Of a stretch of 64,000 nucleotides of DNA, positions 1 to 13,936 are shown in pieces. Location: NCBI GenBank assembly GCA_903813345.2, contig CAIIXF020000001.1, positions 10,974,001 through 11,038,000 of the forward strand, read 5' to 3'. A model generated the notes under the pieces. The model saw nothing but the letters and a program-made list of their open reading frames with translations, searched no databases and was not told where the DNA came from. The translations under genes were made by a program, and so were the position numbers. How positions within the stretch are numbered: position 1 is the first letter of the stretch; each line of letters begins with the position of its first letter. The DNA is from Owenia fusiformis (Eukaryota).

Positions 1-3000
1 CATAATACATGTATGATGTTAGTCATATCGTGCTCATTTGGTGTTTTTAAAATGGTTAGACTGGGCCTTAATTTTATAGTCCCCTTGATCCCTAAGTAAC
101 ATTTATTCTAAGAAAAATAAGATGACTGAGTTATCAGAATTACTTGGCTTAGCACATAATTTGAGTTATGGGCATTCCAAGTCCAATCCTAATAATACTG
201 TTTAAGCTAAATCAGACTTATTACATTGTGCTTTAACTTTTGATATTCTGTGTAATAAGTCAAATGGTATATTTAATAGTCAGGATTAATGGGAGAGGAA
301 GGATGTGCTATGCGACGTAATTGCAACGGTTTTAGACATGTGCACATCATAAATAACACCCAAGAACTGTTAGCTGTCAATACAGGATCATAAATATGTC
401 ATAGATGCAGAGTTGTGAATGATATGCATGCAAAAATCTCCAAAAATCAATGGTGCCCAGGGACTCATCTCACTGATTAGATAGTTCCATATCTATTAGA
501 TTTTCTTCATTTAAAATTTCTTTTGGAGTTAATCTGTAGATGTGTTTTATTTTACATAATGAGGTATTCCCCTGGGTCTATTTATATCATGACTAAGAGA
601 CACTCTGTCAAATAGAGAATTTTTCATCGGAAAACATTCTGCCAAAAATAAAATTCGTATGAAATTTAGAATACATTTGCAATAATCAATTAGCTTAAAT
701 TATATTCCTTTTTAAATCTTAACACTGTGTTTCTAATTTTCTTTTTATCTTTTTATGCTTTTTAAAAATGAAATTGTAAAAACTGTGGGTTATAAAAAAA
801 TTCTTCAATATCTCATAGAATGGCTATTGGATGGGTTGACATATCGCATACAACCGGAAAAGGTGTCAAGTTTTGTTTCTATGTATCTTTGAATAAGCAA
901 CTCTCAAAAATGTCATCTCATGGATGTATACTTTTAACAGGGTCATTTTATATTTTTTGCCAGAAACAAACTTATTTTTTCCTGGCCTTAAGCTGTCTTT
1001 ACTGCTTATACCTTCATAAACTTTGGAATGTTTTTTAAATAATTAAGTGAATAGTTTTTACTATTCCTGGAATGGCATTGTTATCTGTTAAAATTAAAAT
1101 CATCCTGTAAAAATATACCAATGTCCATCTTAATGGTATTAAAATGGTATTTTCCCTAGGATTCATGACACTAAACTTTGTAAACAATGAATCAAATGCC
1201 TAGAATATAAATAAGATAAAAAGTAAAATCTCACATGAATTTGATTAAATTGTACTTTCACAAACAGGGAGCAATTTTTCCAAATTATACAAATGAATAT
1301 ATAAAATGTATTTCGAAGATTTTTTTAGTCTGAGCCTATATATTACCAAATTTAACTGCTTATAACTTTTATTATGGAAATAAATGATTTAATTCAGTAT
1401 TTTAATGGCAAAAATGATGATTTTGTTTTTCACTGCCATCTTTATGTCACAATCAAACTGAGAAATGAATCATGTAAAATATAATATAAAGAAAGGAAAC
1501 TTCAAAATATTATATTTTCCTCAATCCTCTCCCCAGGATTTCATCTCATCTGGGTGCAAAATTCTTATTTTCAAAATTTAGACCAAATTTGGACCAAAAA
1601 TGCCTATTTTCATTTGACATTTTTGATAGGGTGCAAATGGATTCTCAGGTGGGTGTATGCCTATTATTACAATCTCAAGTGGTTGCAGCAGCCAGTTGCT
1701 TTAATGCTGGACGATCACTGGACCTATTATGATACTTTCATAATATTTTAATCATAGCATTTTCATGTCAATAATGTAAGAATTTAAGAATTTAAAGATA
1801 AAATAAAACATTTAAAGATTTTTTTAAAATACATTATAGTATACAGCATTTCCAGTTTTAATCAAAATATTGAATATACACAGAAATACATAAAAGAAAA
1901 ATAGAACATCTTGTCAGACATACATATTCAAGTTAATATTTATAATTATTGTTTAATTCATTGCTTTTCAAAATTTTCTAAAAGTAATTGTTCATCCCGT
2001 AGTTATGTGAAAGCTTATGAATCAGGCGTGCAACAAGTTAATTTTTCTAATTAGATCTAATGCAAGTACCTGGTGCTCCCAACTGACTGATCATGATATA
2101 CATATAATAGTATCTCAACCTTCAGGCAATTAGTTTTCATTCTCTAATGGCAATTCCTGGAAGCCCTAAATTAGTTAATATAGAATCAACACTTCTCAAA
2201 ACACTTGCTTTTACCAATATTCTGGCCCTACCTTTCACGCTCTTGTTTCCTATGCTTTTTCCCAACTGTGGCACTCAATTCCAGGAGTAGCAGAATAAAG
2301 ATATTGATAAGATTGATGTGTAGCTTCATGGTCACTTATCCTCCTCTGTAGTGTAGTGTTTCATCCTCTACTGATCAAATAATAATAGGTTTTAATCTAA
2401 TTCAGACAGTATCTGTCAGCGGTAAAATAATCCATATACATGTAGACATTTAATACCAATTAATACGAATGAAAGTATATCTCTAGTCTGTTGATAGCGT
2501 ATTCATACTCCTTGCTTGTATTTTTATTTGCTACCCTCTTTAAAAGTAATCGACCTCTGTAGCTATGATATCCTATCCCGTAGACCTTTCATATTATCCA
2601 AGTCTTTCCTTTCCATCATAGAGCACCATTAAGGTTCATGTCTGAAAACAGAAAAAGATTTATAAGAAAGGCTTTTAGGATTTAGAAATATCAATTGCTT
2701 CTGCTACTAGCTTGCCACCTCAGGCTTACAATACTGTTTCATTTATTTTACGCATCATTTATTGAACAGCTCAGTAGTTTTTTTACTGTTCAATATAAAT
2801 AATAGAAACAGCATTGATGTTGACTAGGAAGTACAACATTTGATGAACTCAAGCACATATATCCAATAAGACAACTGACAAGGATTATAGACTGCTTATA
2901 TAATAGAGAGTTGGCATATATGATCTAATTCTTCAAATATATTCTAAGATACTTGTCTAATTGGGCCTCATTTTTAAATCTTCATATACTTTCTAAGATG

Positions 3001-5039
3001 GTAAGTCATCTTCATATAACCTCATATATATAGGGCCATCAGGCCCATGTTTTAAACATACATTTAGCTCTTTTGATGTAAAATTGGATACAATTGTAAT
3101 GCGTAAAGAATAGATATTGGTTTTAAACAGTTATTGAATTATGCTTTGTTGATGCACTGGTCTAAAAATGGATATTTGGCCCCATCACGCACCAACATCC
3201 TCCCTGCACTGTTTTTACTAGCAACAATCAATAATGAGTATCGGGAAAATATTTTTTATCAATGATGGACGGTGGTATATCATCTAACATGAGAGCATTG
3301 GGATGAGTCAATAAAGGCACTGTTTTAAGATAGCAGTATGAGGCTGATTATAATTGTCATTTGTACATGTGTCCATTGCCATGTGTATCCCTTTTCTAAT
3401 TACACCAACATGGATTAGATGTGGCTAAAAGTTTCAACCTCCAAATACCAAATGTATTTTGTCTTGTTTTTGACATATTCTCAATTTACTCTATTGATTT
3501 GCTACATTTAAGATGTTAGGAAACTTATTCAATTTACCTTTTCTTTGCCATAATAAATGTCTTAGATCTGAACAAAATATCTGAATATGCACAAAGCAAA
3601 TATTTGGAAATAATATTGCTACTATTTTAAGTAAAATATATGATAACTAAGCGAGTTTGTCTTAGTTTGATGGATTAGATTATTTATCTAAGATGATGTA
3701 ATTTAGCAAAGTAAACTTAAGTCAACTTATTCTATTGCCAATTCAAATTTGCTTTTGTCAAGAAGTTTTGGACTAATTGAATGTGTTCAAGCTTAAACCA
3801 GTCTTAAATTGGCAAGTTAAGTGGAAAGAAAATTAATTTCCATTTTCTTTAGGATAAACACCTTACTAAAATTCTGCTGCATCATTGAACCAATTACCAG
3901 TCGCAAATGTTAAAAGTTCGAAAGTTCTATGAGAATACCAGGACAACAATAATATGGAGTTTTTAGGCCAGAACGATACTAAGATGAATGTAACATTTAT
4001 CTGATTATTACATCATTTTTCTAAGTTTGTATTATTCTGTAGGTTGGTATATTTCATTTAGTGATGTTATTCTTTAATTTCCCATTGATGGACCTCGAGT
4101 TTTTGCTGCTCGTGTTCATGTTTTCAATGGTTGTTTCAGCTTTGTTTTGGAAATAATCCTACAAAATGTGATAACATTGAAACACATATTCTCAATGCTG
4201 TAATACTTTTAGTAGATAATTATTAATCACATCAAAATATTTTTAGTTCCCGTTAGTTCCCACGCATGCTCTTGTAATTGTAATGTATCCCTTGAACTAA
4301 GTCAGGCTTCAGCAGATCTACAACATGATTCAAATGTTATATCATTTGTCATTTACAGTATTTATTATATTAAGCATATAACAACTTATCTGATACTCAG
4401 ACAGCTATCATGTATTTCCCTGAGGATATTTCCTATATCTAAAACCTCCCATACTATAATGTCTACTTTATGTTACTCTAAGCAGTATTATTTATTGGTA
4501 TTTCTACCTACAGAGGGGTAAAGGTGAAATCTTTGGTACCCCTTGATATTTACATGTTCATTCAACCTCAACATTTAGCGTTGATTTTTTGATTGAAAAC
4601 ATCTCAAACCAATCATTTTGCCTTTGTAAGCATTGGTAATTGATATTTTGTTATGTTAATGCATTGTCTAGACTTGCAGCAACCCATATTCTCCCCCTCT
4701 TGCATTATCTTGGTTCTCTAAATCTAAAGTTCTCATAATTTTACCTGTTTTCGTGCAAACTTATTCCAAATTGTACATGAAAAGAAAAGGTCAAAATGTG
4801 ACTTTAGAAAATTCAAAACTACCTTGATATTGGAGCAGGTATATGGACTGTGGAGAAAAAAAATGAAAAATGTTACCTTTTCTGAGCTATCAAGGCGAAG
4901 TTTGGTCTAACTTCTTCCTTATTCCTATTTTATAAAAATGTATGCATATGGCAATATTCATCAACCAGTAGAACTGGCAAATCGTTTAGAATCTACAATT
5001 CTATACAAGGAGTCCCACTCATAGATTTTTCAAATTCTT

Positions 5040-5346
5040 TCCAAGTCGACGTCGAAACACCTAGCGGGTGAAATTGAAACTAATTTTTCTTGCTGCTCGA
5101 ATCGATAGAATCTCTGATAGTGTGAGTCTTTTTATGAAAATGTTTCTTATAGAAATCACTTGACGATTATTAGAAAGCATTAAAAGTTGAATCCAAAGTG
5201 TAACCTGAAATAAAAGTGAAAAAACATTGCGCTGACGTTAGAGAACAAACTTCCTGTTTAATAAAAAATGGTGTTGATGAAGGAGAAGACGCAGACTAAG
5301 AATTCGGGGATTTTCTTTTGCCATTATCGATCGATATAAGGTATGT
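5040..5346. promoter_or_regulatory. Putative (possibly bidirectional) promoter and non-coding first exon on + strand
   Basis: Local cluster of CpGs in CpG-poor surroundings. Motifs: TGACGT (~5233), ETS-like ACTTCCTG (~5249), YY1-like AAAATGG (~5265), DRE-like TATCGATCGATA (~5325), followed by a good donor AAG|GTATGT at 5340/5341. Confidence 0.4.
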
Positions 5347-6277
5347 GCACAAATTCTAGTTGCATACATGGAAAATAGATACATTTTTAAAGGCTATAAC
5401 ATATTCAAAGCTTTCATTTTACGATAGGCCCAGGATCCCTGGATACGACTCGGCAGTCTTTATACCCACTTTAATTGAGAACAAAAACATGAATTCTTAA
5501 GAACTAACTAAAACACCAGATATTCAATATATGAATCATATTTAATCCTAAGTACCTAAACCAGTACTTTAATCCTAGCCGATAGAGCAAAAACAATCAT
5601 AGAATGAGAGGCATAATAATTTCAAAGCAATTTTAGAACAAAAACAAATATATTAAAAGACACTGGATCAATAAAACATTTTCACATTTAATCAAAAATA
5701 CAATTAAACCTTCCTTTTCCAATAAATGTAGCCTAACATAAGCTTTTTCAAACATTCCAAAGTAAATATCAAAGTGTATACTTTATTTGATAGTATGATT
5801 TCCATACCCCCAGCAGCTGTTTGTTATTTTGATTACCAATTGTTGTATAAAACCAATTTATTCTTAATTGTTACATTAGAATTCATTGATTAAACATTCC
5901 ATTACAATCACTGAGACAAATTGTTTTGATTAATGTCATAACAAATATTAAAAGAAATTAAGATTTATTGAACCATTTAAAGTATATTGATGACAGATGG
6001 AGCGATCTGTTACCTGTTAACTCTATCAGATCATTTTCTTATGTAACTTGTTCTGGGGTGTTCATTCTTATATCTTTGCAATAATTGACACATTGTTCAA
6101 ATTCTTATTTATTGTTATTTAGTGAACCGGTAATGAGAATAACACAATGCCTCAAGTGTGTTTATTGTGTTTTGTGATGTGATTATGGGTTTAAGGTGAA
6201 TTTATGTATATAGGGACATAGGCTATTGGTAATAAATACATTATTAGATAATGTTGTTTCATCTGCAGTTATACTGT

Positions 6278-6358
6278 ATCACAAAACTATTTCTTCTTTT
6301 CACAACCTTTATTTTAAGTTAAGATAAGGTTGTGAAAAGAAGAAAATAGTTTTGTGAT
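6278..6358. repeat. Near-perfect 81-bp palindrome/hairpin
   Basis: ATCACAAAACTATTTCTTCTTTTCACAACCTT pairs with AAGGTTGTGAAAAGAAGAAAATAGTTTTGTGAT, with almost no loop. Confidence 0.9.
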
Positions 6359-7249
6359 TTAATAATCCAGCAATTTTAAAATATACTGAGTGGTTTAGAT
6401 ACATGTGATATGCTCATCTTATACAGTTGAACTCTATATAATTTCACTCAGTCAGCAGCTAGCATGTATGTCTATTGTATTTTGTATAACAATTGAATTA
6501 TATTATGTGTGCAATTCATGTGCACTGTACAAGTGAGTGATTTGTATTGTCAGGCAGCAAACAATGCAAAGCACCAAGTGTCCTGAATAAAGATCTAATC
6601 ACTGGTCGCTTGATCACTTGACCTTATAGCTTAGTGAAAAATCCCCACTATTCTCAGAGAGCCTGATTAATTTATTGGTACTGTCATCATATATTAAAGA
6701 CACTGATTGGTTTTGTTATTTTGGAAAAGCATGGTGGTTGGCTTATGGGATATAGAATATACAGTGCCTACTAATATAATAAAAGGGTGTTCACACCTGT
6801 TGTAATTTTGGACAATATACAGGGACACAAAAATGTTAATAGCATTCTCCAGAGGGGTGAAGATTGTTTCAACGGTATTGAAGAAATATCTTGTTACATT
6901 AACTGCAGAACCTTTTATTACATTATTTGTATATTATTACGATACATACAATAAATACATATGTTGTATTTAGATGTATAATGTCTATTGCCTTCATGTA
7001 AATCATAATAAAATGTTCAATGTATGTAAAAGGATTTTACCTCATCTCGTGTCACTGTCTCTTTTTTATTTTTCTATCATAATTGAATATTTATCATACA
7101 CTTTTGTTTTGGTTTTCACTATAACAATAATAAATCTTTAACTATTGTATTTGAATAGCTGCACCATGTGATAATTTTATGTTTATCATATTTTCACCTA
7201 TCAGTAGCATACTCCTCCATAATTTGTCCGAAAATGGAATGTTATCGTA

Positions 7250-8675
7250 TTATGTCCCCACCACATAGTGTGGGGCCATATTGTCGGCCTAGGCGCGTCC
7301 GTCCGTCCGTCCGTCTGTCTGTCCGTCCGTCGTCCGTCTGGCAGTTTTCTCGAAAACCGCTACAGATATCCCCTTCAAATTTTCAGGGATAACTTATGAG
7401 TGCATACAGATGTGGATGAAGAATTTTTAACTCGATATCTACTTCCTGTCGGCCATTTTGAAGTCAAATGCTAAAATCCTTGTCTGCAAACTTGAAGAAA
7501 AACGGCTTCACAGTTGCTTTTAAAACGTTAACATCTTGTTCAGCTCACTTCATTCTAGATCTGATTAGGTTTTGGACCTGTTAGCTCAGTCATGGCAGCC
7601 ATTTTGAATGTCTAAAGAAAAGTTAGCGCGCGATAATACTTTGTATCATATTGAATGGTGTTTTTGAGTTTTCATACTTTAACTATTTAGTAGCGTTATA
7701 AATAATTTCAGGTGTATCTTCTTGTAAAAGCCTATGTTATTGTTAACAGTAGGTATATGTGATAATTTTGTAAAATGAAATCAGCAAAAACTCATAATCA
7801 CTTTTTTATTGTCAGCCATTTTGGATTTTTCCATCCTAAAATCTTGTCTGTAAGACTTGTCTACGCGTTTTCAGGTGAACCATTCGGTAAATCAATTTCA
7901 AATTTTCAGGGATGATTCTTAGTATGAAAATCTAGATCTGATTATTTTTTTGGCATTCTGGGTAAATGTCAAGGCAGCCATTTTGGATTTTCCGTCCTAA
8001 AATCTTGTCTGTATAGTCTTGTCTACGCATTTTCAGGTGAACCGTCAAGTAGATCAATTTCAAATTTTCAGGGATGATTCTTAGTATGAAAATCTAGATC
8101 TCATTAGTTTTTGGGCATTCTGAGTAAATGTCAAGGCAGCCATTTTGGATTTTCCGTCCTAAAATCTTGTCTGTAAAGTCTTGTCTACGCGTTTCCAGGT
8201 GAACCGTTTGGTAGATCAATATCAAATTTTCAGGAATGATTCTTAGTATGAAAATCTAGATCTGATTAGTTTTTTGGCATTCTGGATAAATGTCAAGGCA
8301 GCCATTTTGGATTTTCCGTCTTAAAAATCCTGCCCGTAAAGTCTTGTCTACACGTTTTAAGGTGAACCGTTTGGTAGATCAATTACAAATTTTCAGGGAT
8401 GATTCTTAGTATGAAAATCTAGATCTGATTAGTTTTTGGGCATTCTGGGTAAATGTCAAGGCAGCCATTTTGGATTTTCTGTCCTCAAATCTTGTCTGTA
8501 AAATCTTGTTTACATGTTTTCTGGTTTACTGTGTGACGGATCAATTTCAAATTTTTAAGGGTGGTTCTTAGTATTAAAATCTAGAACTGACTAATTTTTC
8601 GGCACTCATTTTTAGGATAACCATTTGACGGGATGACCCATAGGTGGGGACATTTTGTACACATTTGTGTATTTG
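7250..8675 (+). mobile_element. Complete Helentron-associated non-autonomous element (HINE/DINE-1/pearl-like) with internal tandem array
   Basis: 5' subTIR ATGTCCCCACC (7252-7262) and an adjacent short inverted copy; (GTCC/GTCT)n microsatellite; core repeats; 3' subTIR GGTGGGGACAT (8643-8653); terminal hairpin TACACATTTGTGTA (8658-8671). Confidence 0.85.
7813..8605. repeat. Tandem array, ~162-bp unit, ~5 copies (HINE core repeats)
   Basis: CAGCCATTTTGGATTTT recurs at 7813, 7975, 8137, 8299 and 8462. Confidence 0.95.
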
Positions 8676-9058
8676 TATAATAATGCAGAGAGTGATAAAA
8701 TAAATTCACTCAGTAATTAAATTATAATATAGATCATGGTACGTGGCAGTTTTTGTATCATTTTTCCTCATAAATATTTGATGGGAATGATTTGAATTGC
8801 TCATGCTAGGTTTTGACATTTGCACAATAGTATGATGTTCTACATTTTGCAGTCATTATATAATGGCATGTTTGGGTTACTGTGTTCTCAGATTCATGTT
8901 ATAAAGTATAAACTGGTAATTATTTATTGATGGCATATTCATGTTCATATTCTAGAATATTGACACCCTCTGATATTTTACTGCCAACATTTACACAACT
9001 TTATTTAGCTTAAAAAAATCTTGTCATAGAGTTTTTCCATGCCCATTTCAGGATTCAT

Positions 9059-9502
9059 TTAAAGAGGCTCTATACCATAGAATAGCACAATCAAGACCCC
9101 TCTGGACTTTTTTGCATATTGAGCTTCACCACATATATACCCATCTACTTACCAAAGAAGAAGTCCCAAATCCCCCTCTTTCAGTTTTAATTTTGCGATT
9201 GTGCTGGCCGATCTAATTATTTTCGAAGAAATTAATTCAATCTGAAGTTTTAATATACCTGGAAAGTCCTCCTGTCCGCTTGTGGGTGCTTGTGTGACTC
9301 AATGGGGATTCCCCTCGCTAGCCAAGGAATCGATTGTGTTTAATTCTGGAGTTTGGTTGTTCTGTTGATTATTTCAGATATTTCGGCAATAATATACCCT
9401 AAAGTGATTGTCAAGATATATCCATGGTATGTGATATATTATATGAGCAATTACAATAGGACATCATTGATTGTCTGGGGGAGATGCATAATGCATCTTT
9501 AA
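9059..9502. mobile_element. Probable degenerate TTAA-flanked (Kolobok-like) MITE
   Basis: TTAA|AGAGGCTCTATAC at the left end versus reverse complement TTAA|AGATGCATTATGC at the right end; imperfect TIR. Confidence 0.4.
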
Positions 9503-12500
9503 ATGTTAAATGGAGTATTCAGTCTCAAATGATGAGGTACATACAAAATCCGTTCTCAAAACCTGTAGGAGTTTCAAAAGCTTTACAGAAATCATACTGT
9601 ATTAATATTTATATTTATGCTGGTACAAGGCCCCAATATTACATTTTGGTTTCAGTGGATTTAATTCAGATATTTTCCCGCCATAATGTGGTAGAATTGC
9701 AACATAATGCCCTAATTAAATTGTTTCTTTGAAAATGTCATCACTTCTTTAACTTTAATCATTCTATCAGTCGAGACAATGTGAGACATATCATCTGCTT
9801 TAATGATTGCAGATAAATCATGTGAAATATTTACTTGTGATAAGGAAGACTATAAATAATATTTATTATATATTATTTATTTATTATAAATATATATCAT
9901 GCTAGATCATCATTTTAAAGTTATGTAAAAATCTTGAGAAGTAGTAGAAAAGGTAGAAAAGGTAATAGTCTACAGAATGATTGAAACATAATGTTCCTGT
10001 GGTATTGGGTTTTCAAACATATAATAATTACATATCACATAGTAGAGACAAACCTAATACATTTTGTCAATTTATTAAGTTGCAGTGAAGTAATAAATTG
10101 AGTCTGAGCTTGATTCTCACTTCTATGATCACATTCTTCATTTACACATAGTAGCACAAATTATCTGGACCCAATATAGTGTTATTTTTATGTAAATGTA
10201 TTGTAACCTAATAACATTGCAATGCAAGGACCCTATATTGTATTTCATGGACTTTTAATGATTAATAGAAGATGGATCAATTTTATTGATCTGTTCAACA
10301 GAAATGGTTATTCCTATTAGACAAATTGTCCATCCACTTTTAAAATGCCCAATTTTGTCACTATGTTATAATCTCTAGTTTTTTGTGAATGGTGTTTGGC
10401 GTTCATCAGCTGGTGTTTTGCAGTCGGTGTTCAACATTCTTCATGTGTAATAAATGACAGGTGGTGACATTTTGCATTTATATGCATTGTTTATCATTTT
10501 CATTTGTTGTTTTCTTGATTGGAGGCAAATATTTGCTTTTGTAACATTTTCATTTAAAATGTAAGCTTACACCAACAAAGGCCTCTCCAGGTTAAAAAAG
10601 TCTTTCTTGTAATTGTGTCCTATACATCAATTTTATTGATTTGGGTAATATGCCTTTAGAAAAGGATTTGATACTGACATTTGTGCCCAAAAGGTGGTTA
10701 AGATTGTGCCTACATATCAAGAAATGATATAGACAGCCATGCCATGTACCATGCCATACATGTATGTTGATCGGAAACCATCTTAAACCAGTAAATTAAA
10801 AATTGGATTGTTATTTAGTACTCTTAAATGCTGTTATAACACAGCTAATATAACATCTAATATTAAGAAGGCACATGGGTCTTTTGGGGGTAGAAAATTG
10901 GTTTTGATTTATTACATCTTCATCCAGTGTGAATACTCTTACTTCTATATGTCATTATTTGTGAAGTATCATGAGGATAGATAGATATACTACCTACATG
11001 GTAAAACCTCAGGAGGTACAATATGATGTATGCATTTCACTCTTGACATAAGTCATTTTGAGAAGAGTATATTGTCTTTGAGGAACCACATGCATCCAAA
11101 AGGGCAACAAACATATATTTTCTGTATCATTTGAAACAATTATATAGAAATTATTTTCTCTAGTGCTGGGAGAAAACTAAATTTGCAAAATATAATACCA
11201 TTAACAAAAAGTCCCATGTTTATTTTTGTTGGTATTCTCCGTAATAGACTAGATGCTAGTAGAAATAATCTTGATTTATGTCATTGAATATTCAAAATTC
11301 AGTCAAAGTGATATCATATTTGAAATCTACATGTAAAATTGCATCAAAAATTGTTTACCAACTTTGAAATTTATCTTTCAAGTTGTTCAGTCAAACCCCA
11401 AGTGTATTGCAGTGGGAATTCTCTGTTGTCGAAATACTTCAGTTATTTACTTGTTATTTTCCAAATGATCTTAGCGAGACTTCAATGACTGTTCCATGGA
11501 TTAAGAAATATTGCACAATTAACAAAAGTAACATGAATCAAATCAAAGATGGTGATATAATTACCCTGGATTTACTCTTGAGCTAGCTTCTTTCTTTGTG
11601 GCAGCAACTCATTGTTAAGGACACCGTAACATCATTTCTTATTAGCCATAAATTCACAGAGAATTACCCTCACACACGCTATATAGCATCAACCTTTGAC
11701 TTAAATCATTCTATGAAGTGCAATGAAGAAAAACATAGTAGGATATAATCTTACCATGTTAAAATCCATTTGTAAAAGGCACAATGATACAATGATTCCT
11801 TTCAACGTTCAATCAAAATTAGTTTTTTTACTGAGATAATTTTTGCATTTTCTAATGAAGTACATGGTAATTGCATTGATGTATTATGGGAAGCCAAAAC
11901 AATGCATTACTTATTTATGATTCTTCAGACTAAGATTAATCCGGGTGATGTTATTGTATTAAGTTTGTATTAGATGCAGTTGTATGAGTGGTTCTGTTAA
12001 TAAATCACTGGGAACATACCAGAATGATCCTCCAAACGAGTTTATGTCATACATTATTGTGTGATCTTAAAATACACGGATGCAAGTTGCAACATTTGTA
12101 GAAGTCACAATTCCTCATAAAACTAACCAAAAATTAAATCCAACAATAAAACTAGCTCTTGTGGTTTTGGATTGTAGTTTTTGAACAGAAGAAAAGGGAG
12201 TGTATATTCGATTGGATTATCAGTGGAGACAATAGCCAGTTTTGCTTCTCCTTTTGAAATATTTTAAACTGTTTAACTCTTCTTGGGCTTCAAACAATTT
12301 GTCATTGTGCAACAAGTATCTTTGTAGGATAAGTCCTTTGAAATAACAAATTGAGATAGGTACATTATACACAATGAGCAACACATTCATGACTTCAAAA
12401 ACGAAAGCCTCTTCATGCTATTTATAATGTTAAGAGATGTTTCCAACAAGATCACATATCATCAAGCATGATCACCTAACATAAAAACACTGTCAATTGA

Positions 12501-13624
12501 TTTTCTCTATTCCAATTTTTCAACCAAAATGGCCATGATCTTTCCTAACATGAACTTGCTGTCACTGAGCATGTTCTGCTCTAATATAGGATTAGTATTT
12601 GGCATGTGGAATGTCATTGGTTTAATACTGCTCTGTCTCCAGCTTGGATAAACATCCATTTAGAAGATATTGGGAGTGTATTTCATTTAGCTACAGGGTT
12701 TAGAGATGGACACTTTCAAACATATATAATATATGAAAGATAATGCGAAACAAGAAATCAATCATAGAACCATATTCATAATGGCACCCTCAAAACTCCA
12801 ATTCGTTTTTTGTATTCAGATTCTAAAGTCACTGGCCCCATTTATTATATATAAACATTAATTTGAATTTAACTTTGAATGAAACATCCGAGTTGGCTTA
12901 ATCATTCAAAATATTAATTAATAGCACACAGAGTTACATCACATTTCATTTTACAGATGCGAATATTTGATTAAAAATAACATTTGTCTATTGTTTACAA
13001 TTTGAAATAAAGAAATATATCATGTGTTAGATTAAATCAGTGGGATATGACTCAAAATGTAATGCTTGTTATGTTCACTGCTTCAGCAATCCCGGATATA
13101 TGTCAATGATTTAGATTGCTTGTTTGGGGATTAAATTGGCTAAATACCAACCATAGAGTAGCTGAATTGATCCAATAACAAACATATATTCCAATCACAT
13201 AGCTAGTGCATAATATTTCTTAGTTAATAAGTAAGAAACATCTCAGTTGTAGTCTCTTGGGACTAACAAGAAGCATAGTATCAATTCAGCTAGTTGTGTT
13301 CTAGACTAACCTTTCCCTCTAAAGATGGATTGATTTGTCATACAATGCTTGCTTATTCTAATATTGAACCAATTACTCATCATTTGCCAGAAAAACAATT
13401 TGAAGTTGTCATGTTGTGTTTTAAAGCAGCTGTGTTTTATTGAATCTTGAGGAGATGTAATCCTAATGAGGGGTGATGCAACAGATTTTTAAAAACTATT
13501 AAATGTTCCTCATGACTGAAACTTTAAGGACAGTAGCACAAGGCACACCATCTTATACATAAAATGTAAAAATGATAGTATCTAATGTAATATCACTCAT
13601 CATCAGGACATCCAAATGAGAACA

Positions 13625-13936
13625 TACAAACTAAACCTTGTTTTTGTTTTCATCAGATATTGCCTAGTATGCTTTTCAGTATTTGCCTATCATACAGTCA
13701 CACACAATTGAAAATATTTAGATTAATTACAAGCTAAACCTTCTTTTAGTTTTCATTACATATTGCCCAATATGCTTTTCAGTATTTGCCTATCATACAG
13801 TCACACACAATTGAAAGTATTTAGATTAATTACAAGCTAAACCTTCTTTTAGTTTTCATTACATATTGCCCAATATGCTTTTCAGTATTTGCCTATCATG
13901 CAGTCACATACGATTGAAAATATTAAGATTAATTAT
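13625..13936. repeat. Tandem repeat, 103-bp unit, 3 copies
   Basis: CTAAACCTT at 13631, 13734 and 13837, with near-identical intervening sequence. Confidence 0.95.

Noticed and set aside
1534..1720. hAT-like MITE (CAGGATTTCATCT...GGACGATCACTG)
   Set aside because: The TIR match is too weak and no target duplication was seen.
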